This document shows positions 1 to 10,420 of a stretch of DNA of 32,000 nucleotides, piece after piece. The number at the start of each line of letters is the position of its first letter. The stretch's first letter is position 1. The stretch lies in NCBI RefSeq assembly GCF_000582535.1, contig NZ_CP006932.1:330001-362000 (forward strand), written 5' to 3'. This DNA comes from Candidatus Saccharimonadota bacterium. GTDB taxonomy: Bacteria > Bacillota_I > Bacilli_A > Mycoplasmatales > Hepatoplasmataceae. The position numbers and the translations under genes are program-made. Under the pieces are notes generated by a model. That model was not told the origin of the DNA and did not search any database. It was given only the letters and a program-made list of their open reading frames with translations.

Positions 1-84
1 AATAATAAATATACTAAAAGATAAAAATATTTGTTCTCATTTTTTTTAAGCACATAATTAATTTATTATAAAAAGATATATTTT

Positions 85-1377
85 CTATTTTTTGTAAAAA
101 TAAATTCTAAAATAAATCCATGTAAATAAAATAAACATTGGATTTAAAATAAACATTGATATATAATAAGAATTTGTTTTATATCCATTTGATAAAAGAA
201 TAGAAATTCCATTATTATAGAGACCAGGATTTATTCCAATATTATCAATTACAACACTATAAGATAATAAACCATTTTGTTCAATATGAACTGCTCCACC
301 ATTTTGTTCAATTTGATTTCTTGTAATTGGATAAATTATGAATTTATCCAAAGAATAAAAGAAAATTAGATTAATAATAATTAAAGCAACAAAAAGATTG
401 AATATAAAATTTGTTCTTTTATTTATCTTTACTTCATTACTTAGATCTTTATAATAAACATTATAAATTCAATATGAACAAGCAAGAATAAATATAAAGA
501 CTCATAGAGCTAATAAAAGATATGAAGGAATATTATTATTTGCTCCTAATCATTTATTTTTCGGAGCAAGTGTATCTATAAAATTAATACTAATAGGAGC
601 TAAGGCATTATTTACATTATTTTGCAATTGATTAATATCAATAAACTCAACATTTGCTGTATTTAAACCAAATGTACCTAATCCTTGCAATCCTTGAAAT
701 GAAAATGTCATTGAAATAAAAGCAAGAATTAAAGTTGTATTTACTGTATATTTATATTTTAATTCATTTTTAATTTTTAATTTTTGAAAATAAAATAATG
801 AACCTATAAATAAAGAAATTATTATACTTATAATTCATAATGATGAAAATAAATTATTAAAAATATTTAAATTATCTAATATTAAAATGTAATCAAGTCC
901 TTCTTTTATTCCATTATTTATTACAGTTGGAATAAAATTTGCAAAATCAGCATTTGGATCTATTTCATTTGCAAATAATGTATTTGCAAATGTTATTGCA
1001 AGGAGAACTTGTAATGATAATAAAATAAAAGTAGAAACATAAATTGATCCATATGTAATAAGAATCGCTCTTCTTTTATGAAAATCATTATTTTTTCAGG
1101 TATTTATTAATCATAATATTATTAAAAAAAACAATATTCCTACAAATACTAAACAAACAATTGAAAATCATTCAAGATTAGTACAAAGAAAAGCTTCTCC
1201 AAAATAATGATCTGTATATTTTCCTAAAATTAAGAAATAAAAAATTCCAAATCAAGTTAATATTAACAATAATAAAGTACCTCATTTACTCTTAAAAAAG
1301 GATTTAATTTTTATAATAATTTTATTTTTATCATCTAAAGTAATATTAGGATTTTCTATTTTTTTACTATTTACCAT
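85..1377 (-). CDS. hypothetical polytopic membrane protein (430 aa under code 4)
   Basis: Track ORF 85..351 continues upstream in the same frame through TGA codons to ATG 1377..1375 (MVNSKKIENPNITLDDKNK...). There are many long hydrophobic stretches (GTLLLLILTWFGIFYFLIL, WFSIVCLVFVGILFFLIILWLI, SLWIISIIISLFIGSLFYF, SYLLLALWVFIFILACSYWIY). No family motif recognised. Confidence 0.6.
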
Positions 1378-1424
1378 AATTATCTATTTTAAAATTTATA
1401 ACAATTTCAAATCAGATATTAAAA

Positions 1425-2132
1425 TTAATTTTTATTTTTTAATTTTTTCTTTATTTCTTTTTTCATTTTTCGATTTTCTTTAGTTTCATTATAAATAACA
1501 ATTATATTGCTTTTATGCTTATAAATAACAAGAATAAATGATAATCATAAAATAGCAGAAGCATTTATTGTTCTTGATCAATCAAATAATGGTCAAGCTG
1601 AATTAAGCAAAGGATTAAATGTTCCTAAAATTGTAATTGCAAAAACAGCCCCTAATGAAGAATATGTAACTGTTCTATTTGTTGAAAAATAAATAATTAA
1701 AAAAATAATTCCTCCAATTGCACAAAAAATTCAATTAATTGCTAGCATTAAACCAAAAGTTGTTGCTACACCTTTTCCACCTTTAAATTTAAATCAAATT
1801 GGTCATAAATGACCAACTATTACAAAAAAAACAGCAATAGCTATATAATTTGTTACTGCCATAAAAATATTATCACCATTATTGTAATCTAAATTTTCTG
1901 ATAATTCTGTAAATATAATTGCAACAATGAAAGCTTTTAAAAAATCAAATAAAAAAACAAGAATGAAAGCCTCTTTTCCAAAAGTTCTTCCAGCATTTGT
2001 TGCTCCGTAATTTTTAGAACCAATTTCTCCTAAATCAACTTTTTTATATCGTGAAATTAATTGACCAGCATTGATTGATCCAACAAAATAAGCAATTATA
2101 GAATATAATAATAGTCCTAAAAAAACTTCCAT
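1425..2132 (-). CDS. plsY: glycerol-3-phosphate acyltransferase PlsY (235 aa)
   Basis: The N-terminal fragment 1803..2132 (MEVFLGLLLYSIIAYFVGSINAGQLISR...GSKNYGATNAGRTFGK) continues past the in-frame TGA at 1803-1805 as WPIWFKFKGGKGVATTFG... and ends at TAA 1425-1427. These are classic PlsY blocks. Confidence 0.9.
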
Positions 2133-2309
2133 TTTATTTAAATTTATTTTTTATATTATATATTAATAAATTGATATAGTTATATAGAGATAAAATTACA
2201 AAATGATAATTAATATGGATAATTAATATTTAAAATTGTGTAAAATTATATTTATAACGTTCAATTTTAAATTAGTAATTTTAAGAGAAAGGCAAAATAG
2301 TTTTTCGTA

Positions 2310-3203
2310 ATGAATAAAACGATAGTAAAAGACAAAAACAAAAAGAAAAGAAATTATTGAGATTTAATTGCAATAAATAAAAAATATCGTAATTGAAAAA
2401 CAATTTTATTAGCAGAATTAATAGGTACATATTTACTTACACTTTGAATAATTCTTCCTTCATCAGTTAATTTTGATAGTATGAATAATTGATGAGGTTA
2501 TATTTGAAGTCTAATGATTATGAAAGCTCTTTGAGTTGCTGGATTTATAGTTTTCATTGTTTATGTTTTAAGATATATTTCAGTTAATTTAAATCCTGCA
2601 GTAACTATAGGAGAAATAGCAAAAGGAAATGATAAATTACCAATTGGAATAGCAAAAATAAATGTGCAATTTGTTGGTGGTATAATGGCTGGGTTTACTG
2701 GTTTAGGTCTTGCTATCTTAACTGATAACAATTCTTCAACATTAGATGCAATAAGTCCAATTGTAAGATGAAATGATTGAAGTAATATTGGATCTATGGG
2801 ATGATATGATAATCCAATCGCATCTAAAAATTATGCTGACTTTAATGGGGGTCAGGCTGCATTTGTTGCTTCTTCTATGGTATTAGAATTTTCTTATACT
2901 TTTGCTTTACTTGCTAGTGTATTTTATTGAGAGAAAAAAGTAAGTCATAATATGAGACCAATTGTAATTGGACTTATTGTTTGACTTGTGGTTACATTGG
3001 GAGTGAGAACAAATAATATTGCTCTAAATCCAGCTAGATTAGTAGGCCCAGCAATCGCTCAAACAGTAGGAGTAAATGCAGGATTTTTAACAAATAATAT
3101 AAATTACACAGATTGAATGTGAGTTTATCTAGTTAGTGAATTTGCAGCAGCAGCATTATTTGCAATGATTGAATTAAATAAATCAAAGAAACTAGAAATA
3201 TAA
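2310..3203 (+). CDS. MIP-family channel (aquaporin / glycerol facilitator-like, 297 aa)
   Basis: ATG 2310 to TAA 3201-3203. It is absent from the standard-code track because it contains many TGA=Trp codons. Two NPA boxes (SVNLNPAVTIGE and IALNPARLVGPA) and about 6 hydrophobic helices are present. Confidence 0.85.
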
Positions 3204-3220
3204 AAAAGAAAAACAAAAAA

Positions 3221-3246
3221 ATCTAACAGTTACTTGTTAGATTTTT
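3221..3246 (+). terminator. intrinsic terminator hairpin after the MIP gene
   Basis: Perfect 8-bp stem atctaaca/tgttagat (3221-3228 / 3235-3242) with loop gttact. It can extend by A/T pairing with the upstream A-run, and is followed by TTTT (3243-3246). Confidence 0.6.
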
Positions 3247-3323
3247 CATTCTTGATTATAAAATGAGAAAATTATATTAGTATAAAGGGTTTAATTTTGT
3301 AAAGAATAATTAAGAAGGGAAAA

Positions 3324-4907
3324 ATGAAACTAGCGAAGATTTATATTAAAAGATTTAAAAATATTGAAAATTTAGAAATAAATTTTGAGAAATATAAAAA
3401 TCTTATAAGTATCATTGGCTTAAATAATATTGGCAAAACAAATATTTTGGAAGCCATTTATTTTTTTGAAACTTTAAAAATTCGAAAATTACGCAAAAAT
3501 GAAGAAAAATTTCAAAATGTAAGTTTCTTTTATAAGTTAGAAGAAGATGACCAAAGAAATTTTGATGATTATTTTTTAGAAATGAAAATGCAAAATCAAA
3601 ATAAAAATAAAACAATTGAGAAAAATTTAAATGAAAAACACGAAAAGACAGCTGATAAGACATACAAAAAAAGCATAACAAATTGAGATAAATTACAAGA
3701 ATTTGAAATAACTGTAGGATGAGATGATGAAATAAGAGATTATGTTAGATTTTTTCCAGAAGAAATCACTGATTCAAAATATTTTTATAAAAATATATAT
3801 GAAAAAAATAAATTTAGAGTATTTTATTTTGATAAAACACAAAAGAAAGATTTTTTGGAAAATCAATTCTTTATTAAAAGTAAAATTTTTCGAAAAATTT
3901 TAAAAAGTATTAATCATGATCATTTTATTAAAAATTTTTATAAATATAACGATATTGAATTAAATATAGAAATTGGAAAAATCGAAAAAGCAATTAGTAC
4001 TTTTTTATTTAGTAATTGAAATGATCGTGAAAATGAAAAATATATTGTAAAATTAATTTTACTTGATCGTAAATTAGGAAAATTTTCTTTAATTATAAAT
4101 AATAAAAATAATAAGAAAAATACATTTCAACCTGAAGAAAGTAGTGATGGATTAATATCAATTATTTTTATGAAATTATCAATTGGAGAAACTTTTTTCA
4201 AAAGATTGATTTTAATTGATGAACCGAATACTTTTCTCCATTCTTTAGCACAAATTAATTTACTAAATTATTTTAAAAGTATTATTACAAAAAATGATTG
4301 TAAGTTAATTTATACAACTCATTCTGAGCATCTTGTCGATTCAGAAATTCCAATAATTTATAAAAATAAAAATAATTGAGAAATTAAAATTATAAAAGAT
4401 ATTAAAGAATATCAAGATATTCAATTAAAAGTATTAGCTAATAATTTATTAATAAATAATCCAATTAATTTAATTTTAAATAAGGAAAAAGATTTCTATA
4501 AATTTATTGAATTTTATAATAAAAAAGAATATAAAATGTCTCTTACTTTCATACATACATTACTTGAAAAAGAGATTAATATTTTCATATATAAATTAAA
4601 TTTGAAAGATAAAATTACAAGTAAAAGTACTATATATGATAAATTAAAATTAATATTCGAAAAAGTAGAATTAGATAAAATAAAAATTAATCTTCCAATT
4701 GAAAAACAATTAATTGAAATTATTAAAAATAATTTTAAAAATTCATTATATCTTGCTTCTTTTCGTAACAAAGCAAGTTATGCTCACATTAATAATATAA
4801 AAGATCGCGATCTTGAAAATATAATTCCTATTGTGATCCTTACTTATCTTGCAAATATTGAATTTTTAAGAAGATTTCGCGAAATTGCTATTGATGGCAA
4901 GAAATAA
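3324..4907 (+). CDS. ABC/SMC-like (OLD / AAA_15-type) ATPase fused to a C-terminal helical domain with an R-x6-H HEPN-like motif (527 aa)
   Basis: Track ORFs 3324..3686, 4170..4379 and 4536..4907 share one frame. The only intervening stops are TGA (3684, 3720, 4017, 4377). Motifs: Walker A GLNNIGKT within IIGLNNIGKTNILEAIYFF (3417-3440); Walker B/D-loop RLILIDEPNTFLH (4203-4241); H-loop LIYTTHSEHLV; C-terminal FRNKASYAH (Arg codon 4764, His codon 4785). A GAAGGGA Shine-Dalgarno-like element lies about 6 nt upstream of the ATG. Confidence 0.8.
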
Positions 4908-5838
4908 GAATCATTTTTGCAATAAATAATTGATAGTTTATACGATTGGAATTAGATTTAAAAGAAATAACAATTCCAATTAATTTATTTAAAATTTTAT
5001 TTATATAAAAATAACTATAATTATTTGCATTTTCAGTCATTTTTTTTAATCTATAATTATTAAGTTTCAATTCTAAAAGAGGGGTTTTATCTTCAATTTT
5101 GAGATTATAATAATTTTTTATTATAAGAATATATTGTAATTCTTTTATTAAATATTCAAGTATTAAAACAGGAGAAATATTATTTCCTTTTAAAAACAAA
5201 AGAATTTTATAAATATTTTGTTGATCTTTTTCAAGTAGAGCATCATATAATTTGAATATATTTTCACCAACATAATCATAAATAATTAAATTTAAATTTT
5301 TTAAATATTTTTGTTCTTTTATCAAAAATAATTTTTTTAATTCATTATTTAAAATATCATAATCATATTTTGTATATCTTAATAATTTTCTTAGGTCATT
5401 ATAACTAAGATAATAATTATTATCTTTTAATTTTTTATTTAAAAAATTAAAAAGCTCTTTTTTATCTGGTTTTTTGATAGAAATTAATTCTAATTTTCTC
5501 TCTTTTATAAATTTAATAATAAAATCATTTTTATCATTAAATTTATTAGTACTTAAAATTAAATAATTATCAATATTTGTATTAAAAAATTTTTCTAATT
5601 TAATTATGAAATTTTTATTTATTATTTTTTTTTGCAAAAAAATACAATTATTTAAAATTACTAATTTTTTTTCTCCAAAAATAGAATTACTTAAATATTG
5701 ATCAAAAAATTTATCAAATTCATTTTCTTCAAAATCAAAAATATAAATATTTTCTTTTTTAAAATTAGCAAAATTTATAATTTTTTCAATTTCTTGTTTT
5801 TTGATAAAAAAACTTTCTGATTCAATAATATATTTCAT
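4888..5838 (-). CDS. holA: probable DNA polymerase III delta subunit (HolA-like, 316 aa)
   Basis: Single uninterrupted ORF. Its length and pattern (IYIFDFEENEF, SIFGEKKLVILNNCIFLQKK, then a C-terminal helical region) resemble HolA of low-GC Gram-positives. The call rests on weak motif recognition only. The 3' end overlaps the convergent ATPase gene by 20 nt. Confidence 0.5.
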   Translation of the reverse strand: MKYIIESESFFIKKQEIEKIINFANFKKENIYIFDFEENEFDKFFDQYLSNSIFGEKKLVILNNCIFLQKKIINKNFIIKLEKFFNTNIDNYLILSTNKFNDKNDFIIKFIKERKLELISIKKPDKKELFNFLNKKLKDNNYYLSYNDLRKLLRYTKYDYDILNNELKKLFLIKEQKYLKNLNLIIYDYVGENIFKLYDALLEKDQQNIYKILLFLKGNNISPVLILEYLIKELQYILIIKNYYNLKIEDKTPLLELKLNNYRLKKMTENANNYSYFYINKILNKLIGIVISFKSNSNRINYQLFIAKMILISCHQ

Positions 5839-5891
5839 ATTAATACTATTATAAATTATTTATAATTTATAAAAACAAGATAACAATAAAA

Positions 5892-7211
5892 ATGAAACGA
5901 ACCATTTTAACAATAGATGTTGATGCTTTTTTTGCTCAAGTAGAAGAAATTAAAAACATAAAATATAAATCTAAACCAATTGCAATTGGTAAAAAAATTA
6001 ACGGAAGGGGTGTTGTTAGCACTTGCAATTATATTGCTCGTAAATATAATGTTTATTCTGGACAGCCTATTTTTAAAGCACAAAAAAGTTGTCCAAATTT
6101 AATTTTAATAGAACCTAATTTTAAAGATTACACTAATTATTCTGAAAAAATTTTTAAAATCATTAATAGTTTTTCTAATATTTTAGAAATATCATCAATT
6201 GATGAATGTTATCTTGATATTACAAAATTAATTACAGAAGAAAAAAATCCTTTTTATTGAGCTAAAAAGATTCAATCAACTATTTTTAATAAATTAAAAA
6301 TTACTGTATCTATAGGAATTTCTAATCGCAAAGTTCTTGCTAAAATTGCATCAAAAATCAAAAAACCCTTTGGTATATATTCTATTTTTCAAAATGAAAT
6401 AAAAGAAAAATTATGACCACTTCCAATTGATACATTTCATGGAATTGGATTACAAACTACAAAAAAATTTAATAATTTAAATTTAACAAAAATTGAGGAC
6501 CTTGCAAAATTAAAAGCAAAAGATCAATATGTAATTTTGCGAAAACAAATTGGAAAAAACATTGATCTTTTAATAGATGAAGCAAATGGAATAGGAGAAG
6601 ATAGCTTAGAAAATAAAGAAAAAGATCTTAAATCTATTTCTGCTCATAAAACTTTTCAAAATACTATTTTTGATTATGAAAATTTAATAAATGAATTAAA
6701 AGAATTAGTAAATAAAATAGTACAAAAACTTAATTATCGTAATCTTACAGCTCGTACTGTATTTTTAGTAACTAAAAATCGTAAAAATTTAAATAATGTA
6801 GAAAACACAATTGAAAAAGCAATATTATTAAGAAAAACACAAAGTAAACGAATTTTATTAGATCATTATGAAAATCAATATGAGATTATCTATTCTTATG
6901 CTTTAAAATTATTTGATAATTATTATAATGAAAATGGAATTGATTTTTTGGGAATTGGATTAGCTGATCTTAAAGATAAAATTTACATAAAAAAGCAACT
7001 TAAATTTGATCAATATTTTGAAGATAATTTTATAAAAAAAGAACAATCAATAATAAAGGAGGACAATTTAGATAATTTAATTTTAAATATAAATGGTTTT
7101 TTTAATAATAAAATTTTGATAAAAGGAAAATATCTATTAAAAGAAAACAAATATCAAGACAAAAGATTTTCAAATCGGGATCAAATTAAATTTAAAACAT
7201 GAGGAAAATAA
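5892..7211 (+). CDS. dinB: DNA polymerase IV (Y-family, DinB; 439 aa)
   Basis: ILTIDVDAFFAQVEE...KPIAIG..., then after the TGA at 6258 WAKKIQ...ITVSIGISNRKVLAKIASKIKKPFG...LPIDTFHGIGLQT. Fragments 5892.. and 6537.. are in the same frame. The TGA at 7200 is read as Trp and the true stop is TAA 7209-7211. Confidence 0.9.
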
Positions 7212-7213
7212 TA

Positions 7214-7939
7214 TTAATTTTTATATGAATTAAGTAATATATTTCTTTTATGATTACTTATTTTATTATATATTTCAATTTTATTTTTTATTTCTGAACT
7301 TACACTTTTTTTATCTTCTCAATATTTTTCAAGATCAGAATATTTAAATCCTAATTCATTTTCATCAGTTTGTCCATATCAAAGATCTGCACTTGGTTTT
7401 TGATTAATTAATTTTTCATCTAATTCTAATAATTTTGCAATTTTATATATTTCTGATTTTTTAAAATTAGCAAGAGGAAAGATATCAGCTACTCCATCTC
7501 CTCATTTTGTAAAATATCCCAGATATATTTCTGAATAATTTGAAGTACCAACAACAAGATAATTATTAATTTTTGCATAAGCATAAATTGTATTCATTCT
7601 TAATCTTGATTTAATATTACCTTTTACTTCTTTTTCTGCTTTTTTTATAAAATTTAAATCATCTATAAATTGATTAAAACTTTTATTTAAATTTACTATT
7701 TCCTTTTTTATTTTAATTTGTTTGATAATTTTATTAAAATTTGTAAAAGATTCTTCTGATGAATCAATATCAATAAATAATCCTGTTGAATTATCTGGAA
7801 ATGCTAATTTAGCAAGCGAAGCAGCAACTGCACTATCTATTCCTCCAGAAATTGCAACACAAAGGCCATTTGCTTGTGCTTTTTTTACTTCTTTTCTTAA
7901 TCAAAATATAATACTCTCAATTTTATTTTTTGTTATCAT
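7214..7939 (-). CDS. nadE: NH3-dependent NAD+ synthetase NadE (241 aa)
   Basis: The minus-strand translation from ATG 7939..7937 reads MITKNKIESIIFWLRKEVKKAQANGLCVAISGGIDSAVAASLAKLAF...GTSNYSEIYLGYFTKWGDG... This includes the SGGIDS PP-loop and the NadE blocks. Stop is TAA 7214-7216, 2 nt from the convergent dinB stop. Confidence 0.9.
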
Positions 7940-8672
7940 TTTCTATTCTAGTATTAGCCTTTTCTGTTTTTCTTGTCTTTTCCATTTTTAATCTAACAGT
8001 TTGCTTATTTTTTTCTTGTATTTTTTTTTCTGAATTATTTGAAATTGTTTTTTTATTTCCAATTTTATTTATTTTATTATTTTCATCTTTTAAAAATCTA
8101 AATTGTTTTTTAAATTCATCATTTTCAAATTTTAATGTTTTTTGCTTTATTCTTGATTTTTTTAAAAGAACTTTAGTTTTCTGTAATTTATCATCTCAAA
8201 GTCTTTTTTCCTCTTTTAATTTTTCAAATTCTTCATTTATTTTTAGATCAGATTTATATTTTTTTTCAGTTTCCCTTAATTTTGAATTTAATTTTAAAAT
8301 TTCTTCATCTTTAAAATTAATTATTTGATTAATTTTTGTTATTTTTTCTTTTGCTTTTTCTAATTTTTCAATAATAAAATCTTTTTTTAATAACTCATTT
8401 TTATCAATAAAATTATTTTCAAGAAAATAAAAATAAATTAAACTAATTGCATTTGTAATACATTTTGTAATTTCTTTTTCATTTATTAACATTTCTTCTA
8501 AATTATCTATTTTAAGAAATTGATGGATTAATCTTTCAATTCCATAAATAATAATTTTTAAATTATGATTGGTATTTTTTTTTAAATTTTCATCATTAAA
8601 AATGTCTTTTAATAATTTTTTTGTTTGTCTAAGATGACTTAAAAGTTTTTTATTTTCAGTTTTGTTGGTCAT
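7923..8672 (-). CDS. hypothetical Lys/Glu-rich coiled-coil protein (249 aa)
   Basis: Track ORF 8196..8672 continues through TGA 8196-8198 in frame to TAA 7923-7925. The composition is heptad-like and K/E/N-rich. It overlaps the nadE start by 17 nt, suggesting translational coupling. Confidence 0.6.
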
Positions 8673-8742
8673 AATAATATTGATCCCTTAAAATTTATAA
8701 AATAAAATTTAGACAAATATAAACGTCTAAATTTTTATAATT

Positions 8743-10239
8743 CTATTTTTTCTTTTTATTTAAAATATTATTAATCTCATTTAATTCTTCTTGGATTGTT
8801 CTAATTATTTCATCATCACTATCACTATCATCATAATCATATCTTGTGTTATTTATTCTTTTTCTTTCTACTCTTCTTGTAGATTTTAATAAATTATTTT
8901 CTTCTCTAACACCATTTTCAATTTTATTTACCTTATTAGATAATTTTTCAATTTCTTTTTCTAAAGAGAGAAGAATATTTTCCATTCGATTATTTTTTTG
9001 ATTTGATCTTTTATCAATATTATATTTTTCTTTATATTTTTCTTCGATTTCCCGTTCAAGTTGTTGACGTGCAATTTGTTCAGTATTTTGTCTTACTAAT
9101 CTTAAATTTTCTTCTTGTAATTTTTTTAAATTATCAAATTCATGATCGAGTGAACTTTTAAAATAATAATCATCATAATATTTATCTTTATTATAATTAC
9201 TATTATTATTTTGACCTTGATGATAATAATTTTCCCGTTGATATTTTAAACGATTTAATTCTTCATTTTCTCTTTTTAATCTTTCTAATTCATCTTTTTC
9301 ACGCATTATTTTTAGATATCTTAAATTACTTTCCTCTTCATCATATTTATCATCATATGATTTTTTACGTCCTCTTTTAGATTCTTGCTCTTTTTCAGCA
9401 CGTAAATTTTCAAGTTCTTTTTTTAAAGAGTCTTGTTCACTTTTAAGAATATTTAATAATTCTCTTTCTTGTTTTAAAATTTCAAGCTCTTGTTTTCGTG
9501 ATTCTAAATTTTCAACATTTACTTCAATTGTTTCTGGTTCATCTATTCTTTTTTCAATAGTTTTTTCTGAACTAATTTCTTCTTCAACTTGTTTTCTAGC
9601 TAATTCCAATGCTTCTTTTTCCGTTTGTTCTTTTGTTAATTCTAAACGTTTTTTCTCAAAATTTAATTTTTCTTGTTCTAATTTAAGTCTTTCTTTTTCA
9701 AGTTTAATTTCTTCAGAATCTTCTTTTATAACTATTTCATTTTCATTTTGTGGATTAGCATTTTCTTTTATTTGTTCTATATTATTAACTTTTTCAATAT
9801 TTTTATCTTCTTCAAAATTATTTACAGGTTCATTAGTTACTTCTGGTTCTTTATTACCTTCGCCTTGCTGTGTTTTCATTTCTTCTATCATTATTAATTG
9901 TTCAAGACGATTTATAGAATATTCTTCAGGATTTTTAATTCCAAGAGCAAGTGCTTTTTCAATTAATTTTGCTTGATCTTGATTATTATCTGTAAAATTA
10001 TTATTTGAAGATTTTGTTTTTTCTAATTTTTTACGTTCTTTTTTGGAAATTTTTTGCTTTTTTTCTTTTTTGGGATTTAAAGAAAACTCATCTTCCATTC
10101 CTGCTAATTTTGATTTTGTCTGTTTTTTCTTAATTATTCTATTTCTTAATTTACGATTTTTAAAAAAAATTATAAGTAAAAGCGTAAGGAACAACAAAAA
10201 AATAAAAATCAATACAATTAATGCGATCATTAATGGCAT
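8743..10239 (-). CDS. N-terminally membrane-anchored long coiled-coil protein (498 aa)
   Basis: Single uninterrupted ORF. It has one N-terminal TM helix (MPLMIALIVLIFIFLLFLTLLLIIFF). The following ~470 aa are highly charged E/K/Q/L-rich sequence (EKERLKLEQEKLNFEKKRLELTKEQTEKEALELARKQVEEE). The C-terminus has an acidic DYDDSDSDDE patch. Confidence 0.75.
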   Translation of the reverse strand: MPLMIALIVLIFIFLLFLTLLLIIFFKNRKLRNRIIKKKQTKSKLAGMEDEFSLNPKKEKKQKISKKERKKLEKTKSSNNNFTDNNQDQAKLIEKALALGIKNPEEYSINRLEQLIMIEEMKTQQGEGNKEPEVTNEPVNNFEEDKNIEKVNNIEQIKENANPQNENEIVIKEDSEEIKLEKERLKLEQEKLNFEKKRLELTKEQTEKEALELARKQVEEEISSEKTIEKRIDEPETIEVNVENLESRKQELEILKQERELLNILKSEQDSLKKELENLRAEKEQESKRGRKKSYDDKYDEEESNLRYLKIMREKDELERLKRENEELNRLKYQRENYYHQGQNNNSNYNKDKYYDDYYFKSSLDHEFDNLKKLQEENLRLVRQNTEQIARQQLEREIEEKYKEKYNIDKRSNQKNNRMENILLSLEKEIEKLSNKVNKIENGVREENNLLKSTRRVERKRINNTRYDYDDSDSDDEIIRTIQEELNEINNILNKKKK

Positions 10240-10380
10240 ATTGTTTTCTCAAACATTTTGTCAATCCACACCTAAAGTTTGTGAATGCATAAGATTTAAT
10301 GTTAATATTTTTAAACTCATAATTTTTATTATATCACGCAATTATTTTAATAAAATAAATTTTTATCTAAAATAAATAGC

Positions 10381-10411
10381 AAAAAGTTAATATTAATAAT
10401 ATTAACTTTTT
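10381..10411 (-). terminator. intrinsic terminator hairpin downstream of ftsZ
   Basis: Perfect 14-bp inverted repeat aaaaagttaatatt / aatattaacttttt with a 3-nt loop, located 10 nt after the ftsZ stop. The A5/T5 flanks supply a U-tract on either strand. Confidence 0.5.
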
Positions 10412-10420
10412 AATTTTCTT

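Noticed and set aside
2133-2309. Specific -35/-10 promoter calls in intergenic regions, for example tgtgtaaaat at 2237-2246, TTGATT..TATTAG at 3252-3280 and TATAAT at 31973-31978
   Set aside because: In DNA this AT-rich, TATAAT-like hexamers occur by chance every few dozen bases. Without transcription start site data none can be supported.
3412-4771. Antisense track ORFs 3412..3681(-) and 4514..4771(-)
   Set aside because: They lie opposite a motif-supported ATPase gene. They have low-complexity F/L/K/N composition typical of antisense frames in AT-rich DNA, and no recognisable motif or start context.
4536-4907. The 123-aa ORF as a separate small partner gene (toxin, antitoxin or effector) of the upstream ATPase
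   Set aside because: It is in the same frame as 3324.. and 4170.., and no stop of any kind lies between 4380 and 4536. It is the C-terminal domain of one 527-aa protein.
3324-4907. RecF identity for the ATPase, based on the GKTNILEAIY N-terminus
   Set aside because: The Walker B/D-loop is ILIDEPNTFLH (OLD/AAA_15 style), not the RecF-type LLLDDV..ELD. The protein is about 160 aa longer than RecF. It is not in a dnaA-dnaN-recF-gyrB context. This remains an alternative until a profile search is run.
7722-8328. Plus-strand track ORFs 7722..7991 and 7930..8328
   Set aside because: They are antisense to nadE (SGGIDS motif on the minus strand) and to the 249-aa coiled-coil gene. The F/S/L-rich composition is the mirror of K/E-rich coding sequence.
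10043-10375. Plus-strand ORF 10043..10375
   Set aside because: It is antisense to the 5' end of the 498-aa coiled-coil gene and runs into the intergenic region. It has no supporting motif, and its composition mirrors the opposite strand.
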